From the NCBI GenBank assembly GCA_002069755.1, contig MWBX01000004.1:1-36994 (forward strand): a stretch of 36,994 nucleotides of DNA, given 5' to 3'. The position numbers were made by a program, and so were the translations under genes. Of the stretch, positions 7,128 to 14,777 are shown one piece after another. The notes below the pieces were generated by a model. It was not told where the DNA came from. It ran no database searches and was given only the letters and a program-made list of their open reading frames with translations. Source of the DNA: Parcubacteria group bacterium ADurb.Bin247 (lineage in GTDB: Bacteria; Patescibacteriota; Minisyncoccia; Minisyncoccales; CSSED10-335). Every line of letters starts with the position of its first letter. Position 1 is the stretch's first letter.

Positions 7128-7507
7128 AATAGTGTAATACCCAAAACAAAAGATATTATTATAATGATAGGGGACAAAAACCAAAACACAAGCACTAACC
7201 CACCTATCAAAAACAAACTAAATCCTGAAATAACGCCAACAATAATTGTTAACAATCTCACAAATCCTCCCAAGATTCGAGAAATAAAATTTCCAAACAA
7301 AACATTGATATAATTTAATGGACCCGATCCCCTATCAAATGACCAACTATAATTGTGCCAATAACAAAACATTGTTTTAAAAAGAAAACCGATGGAAAAG
7401 AAATCAAAATTAAAAACAATAATATCTCTAAATGTTTTTATTATAAAAAGAGGAGCATCAAATAAATACCATTCAAACCAATTTAAAATTATACTGTTAG
7501 GTTTCAT
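7121..7507 (-). CDS. Small polytopic membrane protein, first gene of the AAA+/CAP/sortase operon
   Basis: ORF of 128 aa with hydrophobic helices (LLTIIVGVISGFSLFLIGGLVLVFWFLSPIIIIISFVLGITLL). It overlaps the next gene at its end. No family recognised. Confidence 0.55.
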   Translation of the reverse strand: MKPNSIILNWFEWYLFDAPLFIIKTFRDIIVFNFDFFSIGFLFKTMFCYWHNYSWSFDRGSGPLNYINVLFGNFISRILGGFVRLLTIIVGVISGFSLFLIGGLVLVFWFLSPIIIIISFVLGITLLW

Positions 7508-7519
7508 ATCCTTAAAATC

Positions 7520-7547
7520 ATTATACTTATTTTAGAGGTATTGACAA
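7520..7547 (-). promoter_or_regulatory. Sigma70-like promoter for the membrane protein/AAA+/CAP/sortase operon
   Basis: On the minus strand: TTGTCA (7547..7542), 16 nt, TATAAT (7525..7520). ATG 7507 lies 12 nt after the -10 box. Confidence 0.45.
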
Positions 7548-7568
7548 GAAAATCATCTTTCTTATAAT
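7541..7568 (+). promoter_or_regulatory. Near-consensus sigma70 promoter facing the acidic mini-ORF
   Basis: TTGACA (7541-7546), 16 nt, TATAAT (7563-7568). Confidence 0.5.
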
Positions 7569-7617
7569 GCTCTTGTAAATACAAAAGGTCGAAAAAAGAC
7601 TTTTAAAAAATAAAAAT

Positions 7618-7788
7618 ATGATTATTGAAAAAACAATTATGCCACTCGTAGCACAAGACGAAGATGAATTAGATGAAATAGAAGAAGATTTAATAGACGA
7701 TGATGAAATAGATGATGACTTGCTAGACGATGATATAGACGAAATTGACGATATTGAAGATGACATTGAAGACAATAATGAAAAGTAA
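7618..7788 (+). CDS. Candidate 56-aa hyper-acidic protein (MIIEKTIMPLVAQDEDELDEIEEDLIDDDEIDDDLLDDDIDEIDDIEDDIEDNNEK)
   Basis: Hand translation; the ORF is below the track cutoff. A consensus promoter lies upstream and a hairpin sits 7 nt after the TAA stop. There is no clear SD. It is mutually exclusive with the Ser-rich minus-strand ORF at 7527..7775, which would contain the minus promoter and lie behind a strong terminator. Confidence 0.4.
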   Translation: MIIEKTIMPLVAQDEDELDEIEEDLIDDDEIDDDLLDDDIDEIDDIEDDIEDNNEK

Positions 7789-7794
7789 TAAAAA

Positions 7795-7818
7795 AAGACC
7801 GCTCAACAAAGCGGTCTT
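7795..7818. terminator. Bidirectional hairpin terminator between the acidic ORF and the histidine kinase
   Basis: AAGACCGC-tcaacaaa-GCGGTCTT, a perfect 8-bp stem. On the minus strand it is followed by TTTTTTTATTA (strong). On the plus strand it is followed by TCTAC (weak U-tract). Confidence 0.6.
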
Positions 7819-7922
7819 TCTACAACCAAGGAAATTGGTATAAAAACAACCAGAGAATAACAACTGCAACAATAAATATAATTAAACAATCTATAATATT
7901 CATAAATTGATGATATCAATTA

Positions 7923-8837
7923 TTAAATAAAAAAACAAGAGGGCTTTTGTCCTCTTTTGTATCTGTCTTTGGGAACAATCATTTCAAACCTTGCTCCTTT
8001 ATTGCCAGTTTCTTTTATAGAAATTCCTGTAATTTCAAGAATTTCTTTGCAGAGAAAGAGGCCTAGCCCCGTATTTTTACCAAAGCCTTTATTAAATATT
8101 CTTTCTTTATCGGCTTCGGGAATACCAGACCCATCATCTTCCCAGATTATGACAAGGCCCTGATCTATCTCCTCACATTTAATGAAGATATTTTTTGACT
8201 GACCATGCCTTTTACTATTATCTAGCAGGTTATCAAAAACCTTGCTAATCATTGGATCAGCGTATATTTCAAAATCATGACAATCACACTGAATATTGCC
8301 ATAAAGTTTTGAGACAATATCCTCTATTCGGACCCATAACGGATCCTGACCCATATTATCGTAGACTCTGGTAAAGTCTACGATTTCCTGTATTTTTGTG
8401 ACCGCACTAGAAGCATCTTTTAAATACCTCAAAGATGCTTCGTCTAAAATATCTTTTTCTATTACGAAATAAAGATAGCCCTGAGCAACCATAATATTGT
8501 TTAAAATGTCATGGCGAGTTATTTGGGATAATAACTGTAGTTTTTGATTAGTGGCCCTAATAGCCCGCTCCAATCTCTTCTTCTCTGTTATGTCACTAAC
8601 AGAGATAATCACCCTCTCTTCTCCAAATGGAAATATATTTATACTAAATACGCTCCCATCAAGCTCATACTCAACAGTCTCCGACTGCTGAGTAACAAGC
8701 ACTTTTGCAATAACCCCTAGGGCTATCGCAACATCATCTTTCGGAATGATATCTGAAAGATGTTTTCCGACAATCCGCTCATTAGAAACCATTTCAATTA
8801 TGGTTCCTTCCTTATCAACAATGTTAACTATGTCCAT
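7923..8837 (-). CDS. Cytoplasmic PAS-domain sensor histidine kinase (orphan)
   Basis: H-box QITRHDILNNIMVAQGYL. HATPase_c N/G boxes: FDNLLDNSKRHG, WEDDGSGIP, FGKNTGLGLFLCKEI. The PAS-like N-terminal half ends in DITEKKRLE. I moved the start to MDIVNIV (ATG 8837) because GGAGGAAGAA precedes it. Confidence 0.8.
   Translation of the reverse strand: MDIVNIVDKEGTIIEMVSNERIVGKHLSDIIPKDDVAIALGVIAKVLVTQQSETVEYELDGSVFSINIFPFGEERVIISVSDITEKKRLERAIRATNQKLQLLSQITRHDILNNIMVAQGYLYFVIEKDILDEASLRYLKDASSAVTKIQEIVDFTRVYDNMGQDPLWVRIEDIVSKLYGNIQCDCHDFEIYADPMISKVFDNLLDNSKRHGQSKNIFIKCEEIDQGLVIIWEDDGSGIPEADKERIFNKGFGKNTGLGLFLCKEILEITGISIKETGNKGARFEMIVPKDRYKRGQKPSCFFI
7929..7956 (-). terminator. Possible weak terminator embedded in the last codons of the histidine kinase
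   Basis: Minus-strand RNA reads AAGAGG-acaaaagc-CCUCUU followed by GUUUUUUUAUUU. The U-tract is translated as FFI-stop. On this strand the stem is only 6 bp. Confidence 0.3.
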
Positions 8838-8905
8838 TTCTTCCTCCGCACAAATTGTAAAAGTGCTAATGACAGCATACCACATAAACTAATTTTTGAA
8901 CAGTG

Positions 8906-8977
8906 TGAGTCCAGATGGATTTGAACCATCGACCTTTCGGATGTGAACCGAACGCTCTACCCCTGAGCTATGGACTC
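8906..8977 (-). tRNA. tRNA-Val (anticodon CAC)
   Basis: Hand-folded cloverleaf. Acceptor GAGTCCA/TGGACTC, D-stem GCTC/GAGC, anticodon stem TTCGG/CCGAA with loop TTCACAT, T-arm GATGG-TTCAAAT-CCATC. No encoded CCA. Confidence 0.9.
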
Positions 8978-8988
8978 CTATACTAATA

Positions 8989-9017
8989 TTGCACATTATT
9001 TTAAAAAATACTATAAT
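8989..9017 (+). promoter_or_regulatory. Sigma70-like promoter of the 9031 gene
   Basis: TTGCAC (8989-8994), 17 nt, TATAAT (9012-9017). ATG 9031 lies 13 nt downstream. The TTG start used by the ORF track is this -35 box. Confidence 0.45.
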
Positions 9018-9030
9018 ACCCTTATTAATT

Positions 9031-10692
9031 ATGCAAATATTTGAATTTCAATTTAATCCAAGAATAAAAACAAAAAAAGTAGAAAACCTCTTTCAAGAGT
9101 TTGAATCAAGTGAACGCAACTTATACATTATTGGTGAACAAAAAAGAATTGTTCCGGGAAATGAAAAATTCTTAACCAATATTATTAGAATGATAAAGGA
9201 CGAATATGCCCTTAACGAGCCTGAAAATCACGAAAAAGCCCTTCAAGAATGTTTAATTAAGATAAATGAATATTTTAAAATTGAAATAGCTAGAAATAAT
9301 ACTGGCTGGATAGGTAATTTAAACTTAGTAATAGTTTCTCAAGACCAAGGAGAAATTCATTTGGCTAAAATAGGTAAATCTAAAATTTACCTTTTGAAAT
9401 ATGAAAACCACTCTGAACTGAATAACAAAGATAAGAAAACTTCTAGCTTCTTTGGAAGTATTATTTCAGGAAAAATGGTTTACGGTGACAGGTTATGTAT
9501 CGTTTCAGAAGAATTGCAAAAAATAGTAGAAAAAAAGAAAATACTAGAAAAAATATCAAAAACCCTATTCCTAGACCAAAAAACTATAGATGAAATTATT
9601 GATCCGATTAAAAAAGACTTAGAAAAATCATCAGGAACATTCTTTCTATTAGATAACAAAAATGTTCCTAAAAAGAAAAGCGCCTTATTAGAAGAAATAG
9701 AAGTAGACTTTTCAATAAAAGAACTCTATTATAATATTAAAAGAATTGCCAATAAAAAAACACTAAAAATTGATAGTGATTTTAAAAATATATTAAAACC
9801 ATTAATTGCACTTGGACTAATACTTTTAGTTGGTTCTTTTATCTTTGGAAAAAAAGAAAAAGAAATTGCCAAAGATATTAATATAGAAGAGAGATTAGTT
9901 CAGATTGATATAACAAAAGAAGAGTCTCTTCCACTGCTAGATGCACTATACAAAGAAACTGAGGCAAAAGAAGTTCAAAATATTATTGATTCATTGGCTA
10001 AAATAGAAAGAGTAGACGAAATTAAAAAAATCAAAGAATTTGAAAAAGACATTAAAGGAATATTTCTAAACAACTATGGATATAGTGACAACTTAGTAAT
10101 ATCAGATAAAGAATACAAATCTAACTTGCCAATAGATTCAATATTTGAGTTTCAAAACAGAATTATTTTGTTTTCAAAACCAAATAAATTGTTAGAATTA
10201 AAAAACAATCAAATTAGCGAAATCAAACAAATTGAAAAGAATAACATTGATAACCTAACACCATATTTAGCTAATATATATTTTACTAGTGGCCAAGAAA
10301 TAATAAAATATAATTTAGATAGCTATAATAATTGGTTAAAATCTCCATTAAAACAACCGACTGACATTATTTCAATGTCAGTCGATGGTCATATTTGGAT
10401 TTTACAGCAGGGAAATCAAATATCTAAATATTATCTTGGTGAACACTTGGCAGATATTAATTTTGATATATTTCCAAGCTCTAAAAACTTTATTCAGATA
10501 TTAACTTCTAGTCAGACTGATTACCTCTTTGTCTTAGATTCATCTCACAATAGAATTATTGTGTTAGATAAAAATGGTAAACTGGTTAAACAAATTTGGA
10601 GTGAAAAGTTCAACAACCTAAAACAAATCCAAATATCTGATAATAAACTATATATCTTAAATAGTAATACTATCTACGAAACCACTATTTAA
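9031..10692 (+). CDS. Hypothetical single-pass membrane protein: possible degenerate PP2C/SpoIIE-like N-domain and C-terminal NHL/beta-propeller-like repeats
   Basis: The central TM is [20 protein letters not shown]. An NHL-like motif reads [25 protein letters not shown]. The N-terminal pattern [24 protein letters not shown]...[11 protein letters not shown] resembles the PP2C fold only weakly. Confidence 0.65.
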   Translation: MQIFEFQFNPRIKTKKVENLFQEFESSERNLYIIGEQKRIVPGNEKFLTNIIRMIKDEYALNEPENHEKALQECLIKINEYFKIEIARNNTGWIGNLNLVIVSQDQGEIHLAKIGKSKIYLLKYENHSELNNKDKKTSSFFGSIISGKMVYGDRLCIVSEELQKIVEKKKILEKISKTLFLDQKTIDEIIDPIKKDLEKSSGTFFLLDNKNVPKKKSALLEEIEVDFSIKELYYNIKRIANKKTLKIDSDFKNILKPLIALGLILLVGSFIFGKKEKEIAKDINIEERLVQIDITKEESLPLLDALYKETEAKEVQNIIDSLAKIERVDEIKKIKEFEKDIKGIFLNNYGYSDNLVISDKEYKSNLPIDSIFEFQNRIILFSKPNKLLELKNNQISEIKQIEKNNIDNLTPYLANIYFTSGQEIIKYNLDSYNNWLKSPLKQPTDIISMSVDGHIWILQQGNQISKYYLGEHLADINFDIFPSSKNFIQILTSSQTDYLFVLDSSHNRIIVLDKNGKLVKQIWSEKFNNLKQIQISDNKLYILNSNTIYETTI

Positions 10693-11113
10693 GTGTAATT
10701 GTAGCACCAGCTGCTTCAAACTTCTTCTTTATTTCCTCAGCATCTTCTTTACTTACACCTTCAGAAACTATTTGAGGTGAATTTATTGCTCCGTCAACTA
10801 AGTCTTTGGCCTCTTTAAGACCTTTTCCGGTAATATCTCTAACAATTTTAATTACCTCTATCTTTTTATCACCAACCCCACTAAGCTCAATATCAAATGA
10901 GCTCTTCTCTTCTGCATCAGTGTCACCACCAGCCTGAGTAGCCACAGGAGCAACAACAGCCATAGGCATAGATGCAGAAACTCCAAACTTCTTCTCTAAA
11001 ACTCCTACAAGTTCTGAGAGATCTAAAACTGACATATTAGAAATTTCTTCTACAATTTTAGCAAATTTTTCAGGAACTTGTACTTCTTCATCTTTCTTTA
11101 TTTCTTCTGTCAT
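10685..11113 (-). CDS. rplL: 50S ribosomal protein L7/L12
   Basis: Recognised from [20 protein letters not shown] and the C-terminal domain [24 protein letters not shown]...[11 protein letters not shown] prefer ATG 11113; the track start at 11128 is a TTG. Confidence 0.9.
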   Translation of the reverse strand: MTEEIKKDEEVQVPEKFAKIVEEISNMSVLDLSELVGVLEKKFGVSASMPMAVVAPVATQAGGDTDAEEKSSFDIELSGVGDKKIEVIKIVRDITGKGLKEAKDLVDGAINSPQIVSEGVSKEDAEEIKKKFEAAGATITLK

Positions 11114-11138
11114 TTTTTTAAAAGCCAAATCTTATTTC

Positions 11139-11651
11139 TTAGGACTTGACTTGTTTAAGTGTGTAAATTAAACCTTTAATGTTCCCCTCCAATACAGCAA
11201 CGAAACCAGAAATTGGAGCTTGAATTGTTCCAACTAATTTGCCTAAAAGCTCTTCTCGACTAGGAAGTTTAGCTAATTCTAAAACTTGTTCTTCGGAAAT
11301 AACACTTCCATCCATAAACCCACTAACTATTTTAAGGTTTGGATTGTCTTTCGAAAAGTTATAAGCAATCTTAGCTGGAGAAATTGGATCTGAAAAACCA
11401 AAAACAACACCAACCTCTTCTTTAAGCTCTTTAGCATCAACATCTATTTGGTTATTTTTAAAAGCAATATTCATTAATGTTTTCTTAAAAACTGTAAACC
11501 CGGCATCGCTCTTTCTAAGCTCACTTCTTAATTTGGATATTTCATCCATTTTAAGACCTTTAAAGTTTACAAAGATCATTGCTTTTTGTTTTTTGATCTT
11601 CTCGTCTAAATCTTTAACTATCTCTTGTTTTTTTTCTTTGGTTAAAGGCAT
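11139..11651 (-). CDS. rplJ: 50S ribosomal protein L10
   Basis: L10 pattern KKQEIVKDLDEKIKKQKAMIFVNFKGLKMDEISKLRSELRK, located immediately upstream of rplL. Confidence 0.9.
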   Translation of the reverse strand: MPLTKEKKQEIVKDLDEKIKKQKAMIFVNFKGLKMDEISKLRSELRKSDAGFTVFKKTLMNIAFKNNQIDVDAKELKEEVGVVFGFSDPISPAKIAYNFSKDNPNLKIVSGFMDGSVISEEQVLELAKLPSREELLGKLVGTIQAPISGFVAVLEGNIKGLIYTLKQVKS

Positions 11652-11769
11652 ATTTTTTAAAATAAAAAACTACGTAAATACACGCAGACAAAGGACGACC
11701 TTTTCAGTTATACCTCGAGAGGATTTAATATTACCTCTTGTCTGCGGTTGATTAAACAATATCAATTTT
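11652..11769 (-). promoter_or_regulatory. Structured rplJ 5' leader (L10-leader-like)
   Basis: A 10-bp long-range helix CGCAGACAAG/UUUGUCUGCG (11746..11683) encloses a GAGG/CCUC hairpin and is followed by a U-rich run before the ATG. The family assignment is not verified. Confidence 0.3.
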
Positions 11770-12816
11770 TTAGTTTTTAGTCAAGAGATATTTCTTGGGC
11801 CAAGCTTCTAATGTTTTTGACGATATATAGCAAAATAAAATAAGGAACAAAAGATATATATAAAATCTACCCTCTTCTCCTAAATATTCATAAGTGTTAG
11901 TTACTCTGTAAAATTGATATATGATTAAATATACTGGGAATTGAAGAATATAAATCCCATAGCTAGCTTCACCCCCTTTTACTAACAATGGCCAAGATAA
12001 TATTTTTTTTATTACCGAAGTAGATGTTGCTGCTCCTAAAATAAGAAAGGCGAAAATTGGTGCAATTAACCCATTATGATTAATGAAATTATCCGGAACA
12101 AGCGGTAAATAAACTATTAAAAATAACATTGCAAGAATAAAATAAATATTACCATTCATCTTGTTTTTTAAAAACACCAAACCAGCCATCATCCCAATTA
12201 AAAATTGATTCAAATGGAGTAAGGGAAAGAACTTAGTAAAGTTTTTAATAAATATGTCTGTTTGATCTAAATTAAAAAATAACCACAAGAATATAATACT
12301 ACTGACTAACCAAAACAAAAAAACATATTTTGATATCTTACTATTATTAAAAAACAACGGAACAATGAAAGGGAACAATAAATAAAAAAACATTTCTACA
12401 GAAATTGACCATCCTGGAAAATTAACTGATAGCGCATTAGTTGGAAACCATGCTTGTAGAAAAAATAAGCTTTGAATAAATCCATCAAAAGAAATAGATA
12501 TATCGTTATCAACAAAAAAAGAGACAAAAAACAAAACTATAAGCGCAATAATATATAAAGGAACAATCCGAATTAATCTTTTAAAATAGAAATTACCTGC
12601 TTTTATGTAAGAAAATTCTTTTAATTCATTATAATTTATAATCATAATAAAACCAGACAGAACAAAGAAAAAACTAACTGCTAAATGCATAGCATTAGTA
12701 TAAGGAAAACTATTAAACGGAAAACTCCATTTTCCAAAATGAAATATCACCACAGCTATAGCGGCAAAAAACCTTAACGAACTCAATTGAGCTATAAACT
12801 TATTATTAGCAGTCAT
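11770..12816 (-). CDS. Acyltransferase family 3 (OatA-like) integral membrane protein
   Basis: N-terminal motif LRFFAAIAVVIFHFGKW, about 10 hydrophobic helices and WSISVEMFFY. Confidence 0.8.
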   Translation of the reverse strand: MTANNKFIAQLSSLRFFAAIAVVIFHFGKWSFPFNSFPYTNAMHLAVSFFFVLSGFIMIINYNELKEFSYIKAGNFYFKRLIRIVPLYIIALIVLFFVSFFVDNDISISFDGFIQSLFFLQAWFPTNALSVNFPGWSISVEMFFYLLFPFIVPLFFNNSKISKYVFLFWLVSSIIFLWLFFNLDQTDIFIKNFTKFFPLLHLNQFLIGMMAGLVFLKNKMNGNIYFILAMLFLIVYLPLVPDNFINHNGLIAPIFAFLILGAATSTSVIKKILSWPLLVKGGEASYGIYILQFPVYLIIYQFYRVTNTYEYLGEEGRFYIYLLFLILFCYISSKTLEAWPKKYLLTKN

Positions 12817-12819
12817 ATC

Positions 12820-13102
12820 TTAATTAATATTACCAATACAAACCCTTTTAAAGGATATAATAGTTATGACAACACTATCAAGCACAATTCTAATTTGATG
12901 CTTTTTCCCTTCGTTTAAAATAATTCTCAAGGTATTATTATCAATAATCTTTGTCTCATCTGTATATCTCAACAACATCACCCTCCTCTATCATATAGTC
13001 ACTAATAACGATAGTGCCATTAACACGAACCAATCATTTTTCTATAAAATCATCTGCTTCGCGACATAAGCTATAATTCCGTTTAAGATATTTAGAATTC
13101 AT
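12820..13102 (-). pseudogene. Decayed RsuA/RluB-type pseudouridine synthase remnant
   Basis: Hand translation gives MNSKYLKRNYSLCREADDFIEK-TGA-LVRVNGTIVISDYMIEEGDVVEIYR-TGA, which is an S4 domain with an in-frame stop. After a frame change it reads TLRIILNEGKKHQIRIVLDSVVITIISFKRVCIGNIN, the C-terminal synthase motif. The catalytic core is missing. Its ATG overlaps the upstream TGA as ATGA. Confidence 0.6.
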
Positions 13103-14253
13103 TTTAATATATACTCACGAAAATTAACACTTGCACCACCGTTTCCTTTCAAAAATTCATCATATGTAGGCATTAAACACATAACAATATTGCCATCTAA
13201 AAAGTTTGAGTAAACAACCCTATTTTTGTAAACAGCAAGCCCAGTTGGCTGATTTCCACCAATAACCACATCTAACATATTACCCGTAGCAGTATCAAAA
13301 AACATTACCGTGCCCCAATCAGGTCCAGGGATATAGTAACTTTCGTTATTATTCGTTCCCCTATTTGAAACTATTAAAATATTTTTATCTTCTGTTAAAA
13401 CAATTGTATTTGGATTCTTTTCTGTTTTGATAAATTCCTCTACTTTATCATCTTTTAAATATACTTTATATATTTTTGCATTTGCCATGTCAGAAAAATA
13501 TAAAATACCTCTTTCTTCATCGGCAACAATATGTCGCATCGCTCCCCCATTTTTGTAAATAACATTACTTTCTTTTGTTTCAAGATTAATCTTTTGAATT
13601 TCACCATCATCAAAACCAGCAACATATAAATATTTTCCATCTTTAGTAGGATAAATTCCTCTTGGTGTTTTCACAGTTTGAATATGATCAAGTAATTCTC
13701 CTGTTTCTAAACTAATAACAGATATATTATTTCCAGACCAATTAGAGGCATAAAGAATACTTTCATCTTCGGATAAGATTACAACCTTGGTCCAAGCACT
13801 CTTTGTTTCAAAAGTTCTAGTTATTTCTTTTGATTTAGTGTCTATTTCATAAACCCTCCCCGTTTCCATTTGACTAACATAAGCCATACTCCCATTTTTA
13901 TTGAAAATAATCTCTACTGCCCCACCATCTGGTAAAACAATATCTTTTTTGTGACTTCCAGTATTAGTTTCAAAAACTATCACTCCTCGATGCTTATTCA
14001 TTAATGATGTTACCCAATATTCTTCACCATCAGGAGTAAAAGCAATACCCTTTGGAGAAGGAACACCATCTCTTTTGTAAAGACAATCCACTATCTGGTT
14101 TGGCATTTTCTCTGCAAAAGATGATTCTTCTCGGTAATAAACTTCCTCTTCTATTTCACTTTCTTCTGCTTGATAATAGATATATTTCTCTTCTTCTTTT
14201 GTGCAATAAAAACAAACTAAGGCAATAATTACGACTACTATTATTTTTTTCAT
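13099..14253 (-). CDS. Secreted or anchored YVTN/YncE-like seven-bladed beta-propeller protein
   Basis: N-terminal hydrophobic signal MKKIIVVVIIALVCFYC. Repeated blade motifs: PKGIAFTPDGEEYWVTS, MAYVSQ, ILYASN, PRGIYPTKDGKYLYVAG, ILYFSD, ILIVSN, PTGLAVY. Confidence 0.7.
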   Translation of the reverse strand: MKKIIVVVIIALVCFYCTKEEEKYIYYQAEESEIEEEVYYREESSFAEKMPNQIVDCLYKRDGVPSPKGIAFTPDGEEYWVTSLMNKHRGVIVFETNTGSHKKDIVLPDGGAVEIIFNKNGSMAYVSQMETGRVYEIDTKSKEITRTFETKSAWTKVVILSEDESILYASNWSGNNISVISLETGELLDHIQTVKTPRGIYPTKDGKYLYVAGFDDGEIQKINLETKESNVIYKNGGAMRHIVADEERGILYFSDMANAKIYKVYLKDDKVEEFIKTEKNPNTIVLTEDKNILIVSNRGTNNNESYYIPGPDWGTVMFFDTATGNMLDVVIGGNQPTGLAVYKNRVVYSNFLDGNIVMCLMPTYDEFLKGNGGASVNFREYILK

Positions 14254-14258
14254 AATTA

Positions 14259-14777
14259 TTAAATATGTTTAGAAATCACTATACCAAACTCTTCGGCCGC
14301 CTGTGGGCCATTTGCTGTAATAATATTGCCATCAACAACAACATCTAAATTTTCAAATATTGCTCCGTTTTGAGTTAATATCTTAATTGGACTTTTATCC
14401 ATTGGTGAACTCCAAACCGTGGCTTTTTTGCCCTTTAAAACTCCAGCTTTAGCCAATATTACAGGAGCAATACATATTGCAGTAATTACCTTATCATCTT
14501 TTTTCGCTTGATTAATTAGATTATAAGAATCTTGATTGTCTAGAGCCTTAAGACAACCAGAACCACCAACAAAAACTAAAACATCAAAATCATTAATATC
14601 AATTTCGTTAATTAGGTAATTTATTTCAACATCTAGACCATTCACCCCCAAAGCTATACCTTTCTTGTTACTAACAGTAGTAATACTAAAACCCTTATCT
14701 TTTAAAATACTTCGTGGTATAGCATACTCTTCGTCTTTAAAATTATCGTACGCAATAACAAATAATATTTTTTTCAT
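14259..14777 (-). CDS. DJ-1/PfpI family protein
   Basis: Nucleophile-elbow motif AICIAPVILAKAG and DVLVFVGGSG. Confidence 0.8.
   Translation of the reverse strand: MKKILFVIAYDNFKDEEYAIPRSILKDKGFSITTVSNKKGIALGVNGLDVEINYLINEIDINDFDVLVFVGGSGCLKALDNQDSYNLINQAKKDDKVITAICIAPVILAKAGVLKGKKATVWSSPMDKSPIKILTQNGAIFENLDVVVDGNIITANGPQAAEEFGIVISKHI

Noticed and set aside
7527-7775. An 82-aa Ser-rich ORF on the minus strand.
   Set aside because: It is the antisense frame of a GAT/GAA-rich stretch. It would begin just after a strong minus-strand terminator with no promoter. Its 3' third is the promoter region (TTGTCA...TATAAT) of the next operon. It cannot be fully excluded without expression data.
7929-7960. 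The similarity between the hairpin at the histidine kinase 3' end and the hairpin at 36896-36927 (both aaaaaacaagagg...cctctt) as a possible dispersed repeat or MITE.
   Set aside because: The similarity is confined to a short A-tract plus a purine-rich stem, typical of terminators. There are no flanking repeats and no further copies in the window.
13032-13034. An in-frame TGA sits exactly where the S4 domain consensus (LIxxGxVxVNG) expects Gly. This suggested UGA=Gly recoding (genetic code 25, as in Gracilibacteria/SR1).
   Set aside because: All long housekeeping ORFs (dnaE, gyrB, the P-type ATPase) are uninterrupted under the standard code. TGA also terminates well-aligned genes, such as the beta-propeller gene at 13099 and deoC at 31920. 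The locus additionally has a frameshift and a large deletion, so it is a pseudogene.
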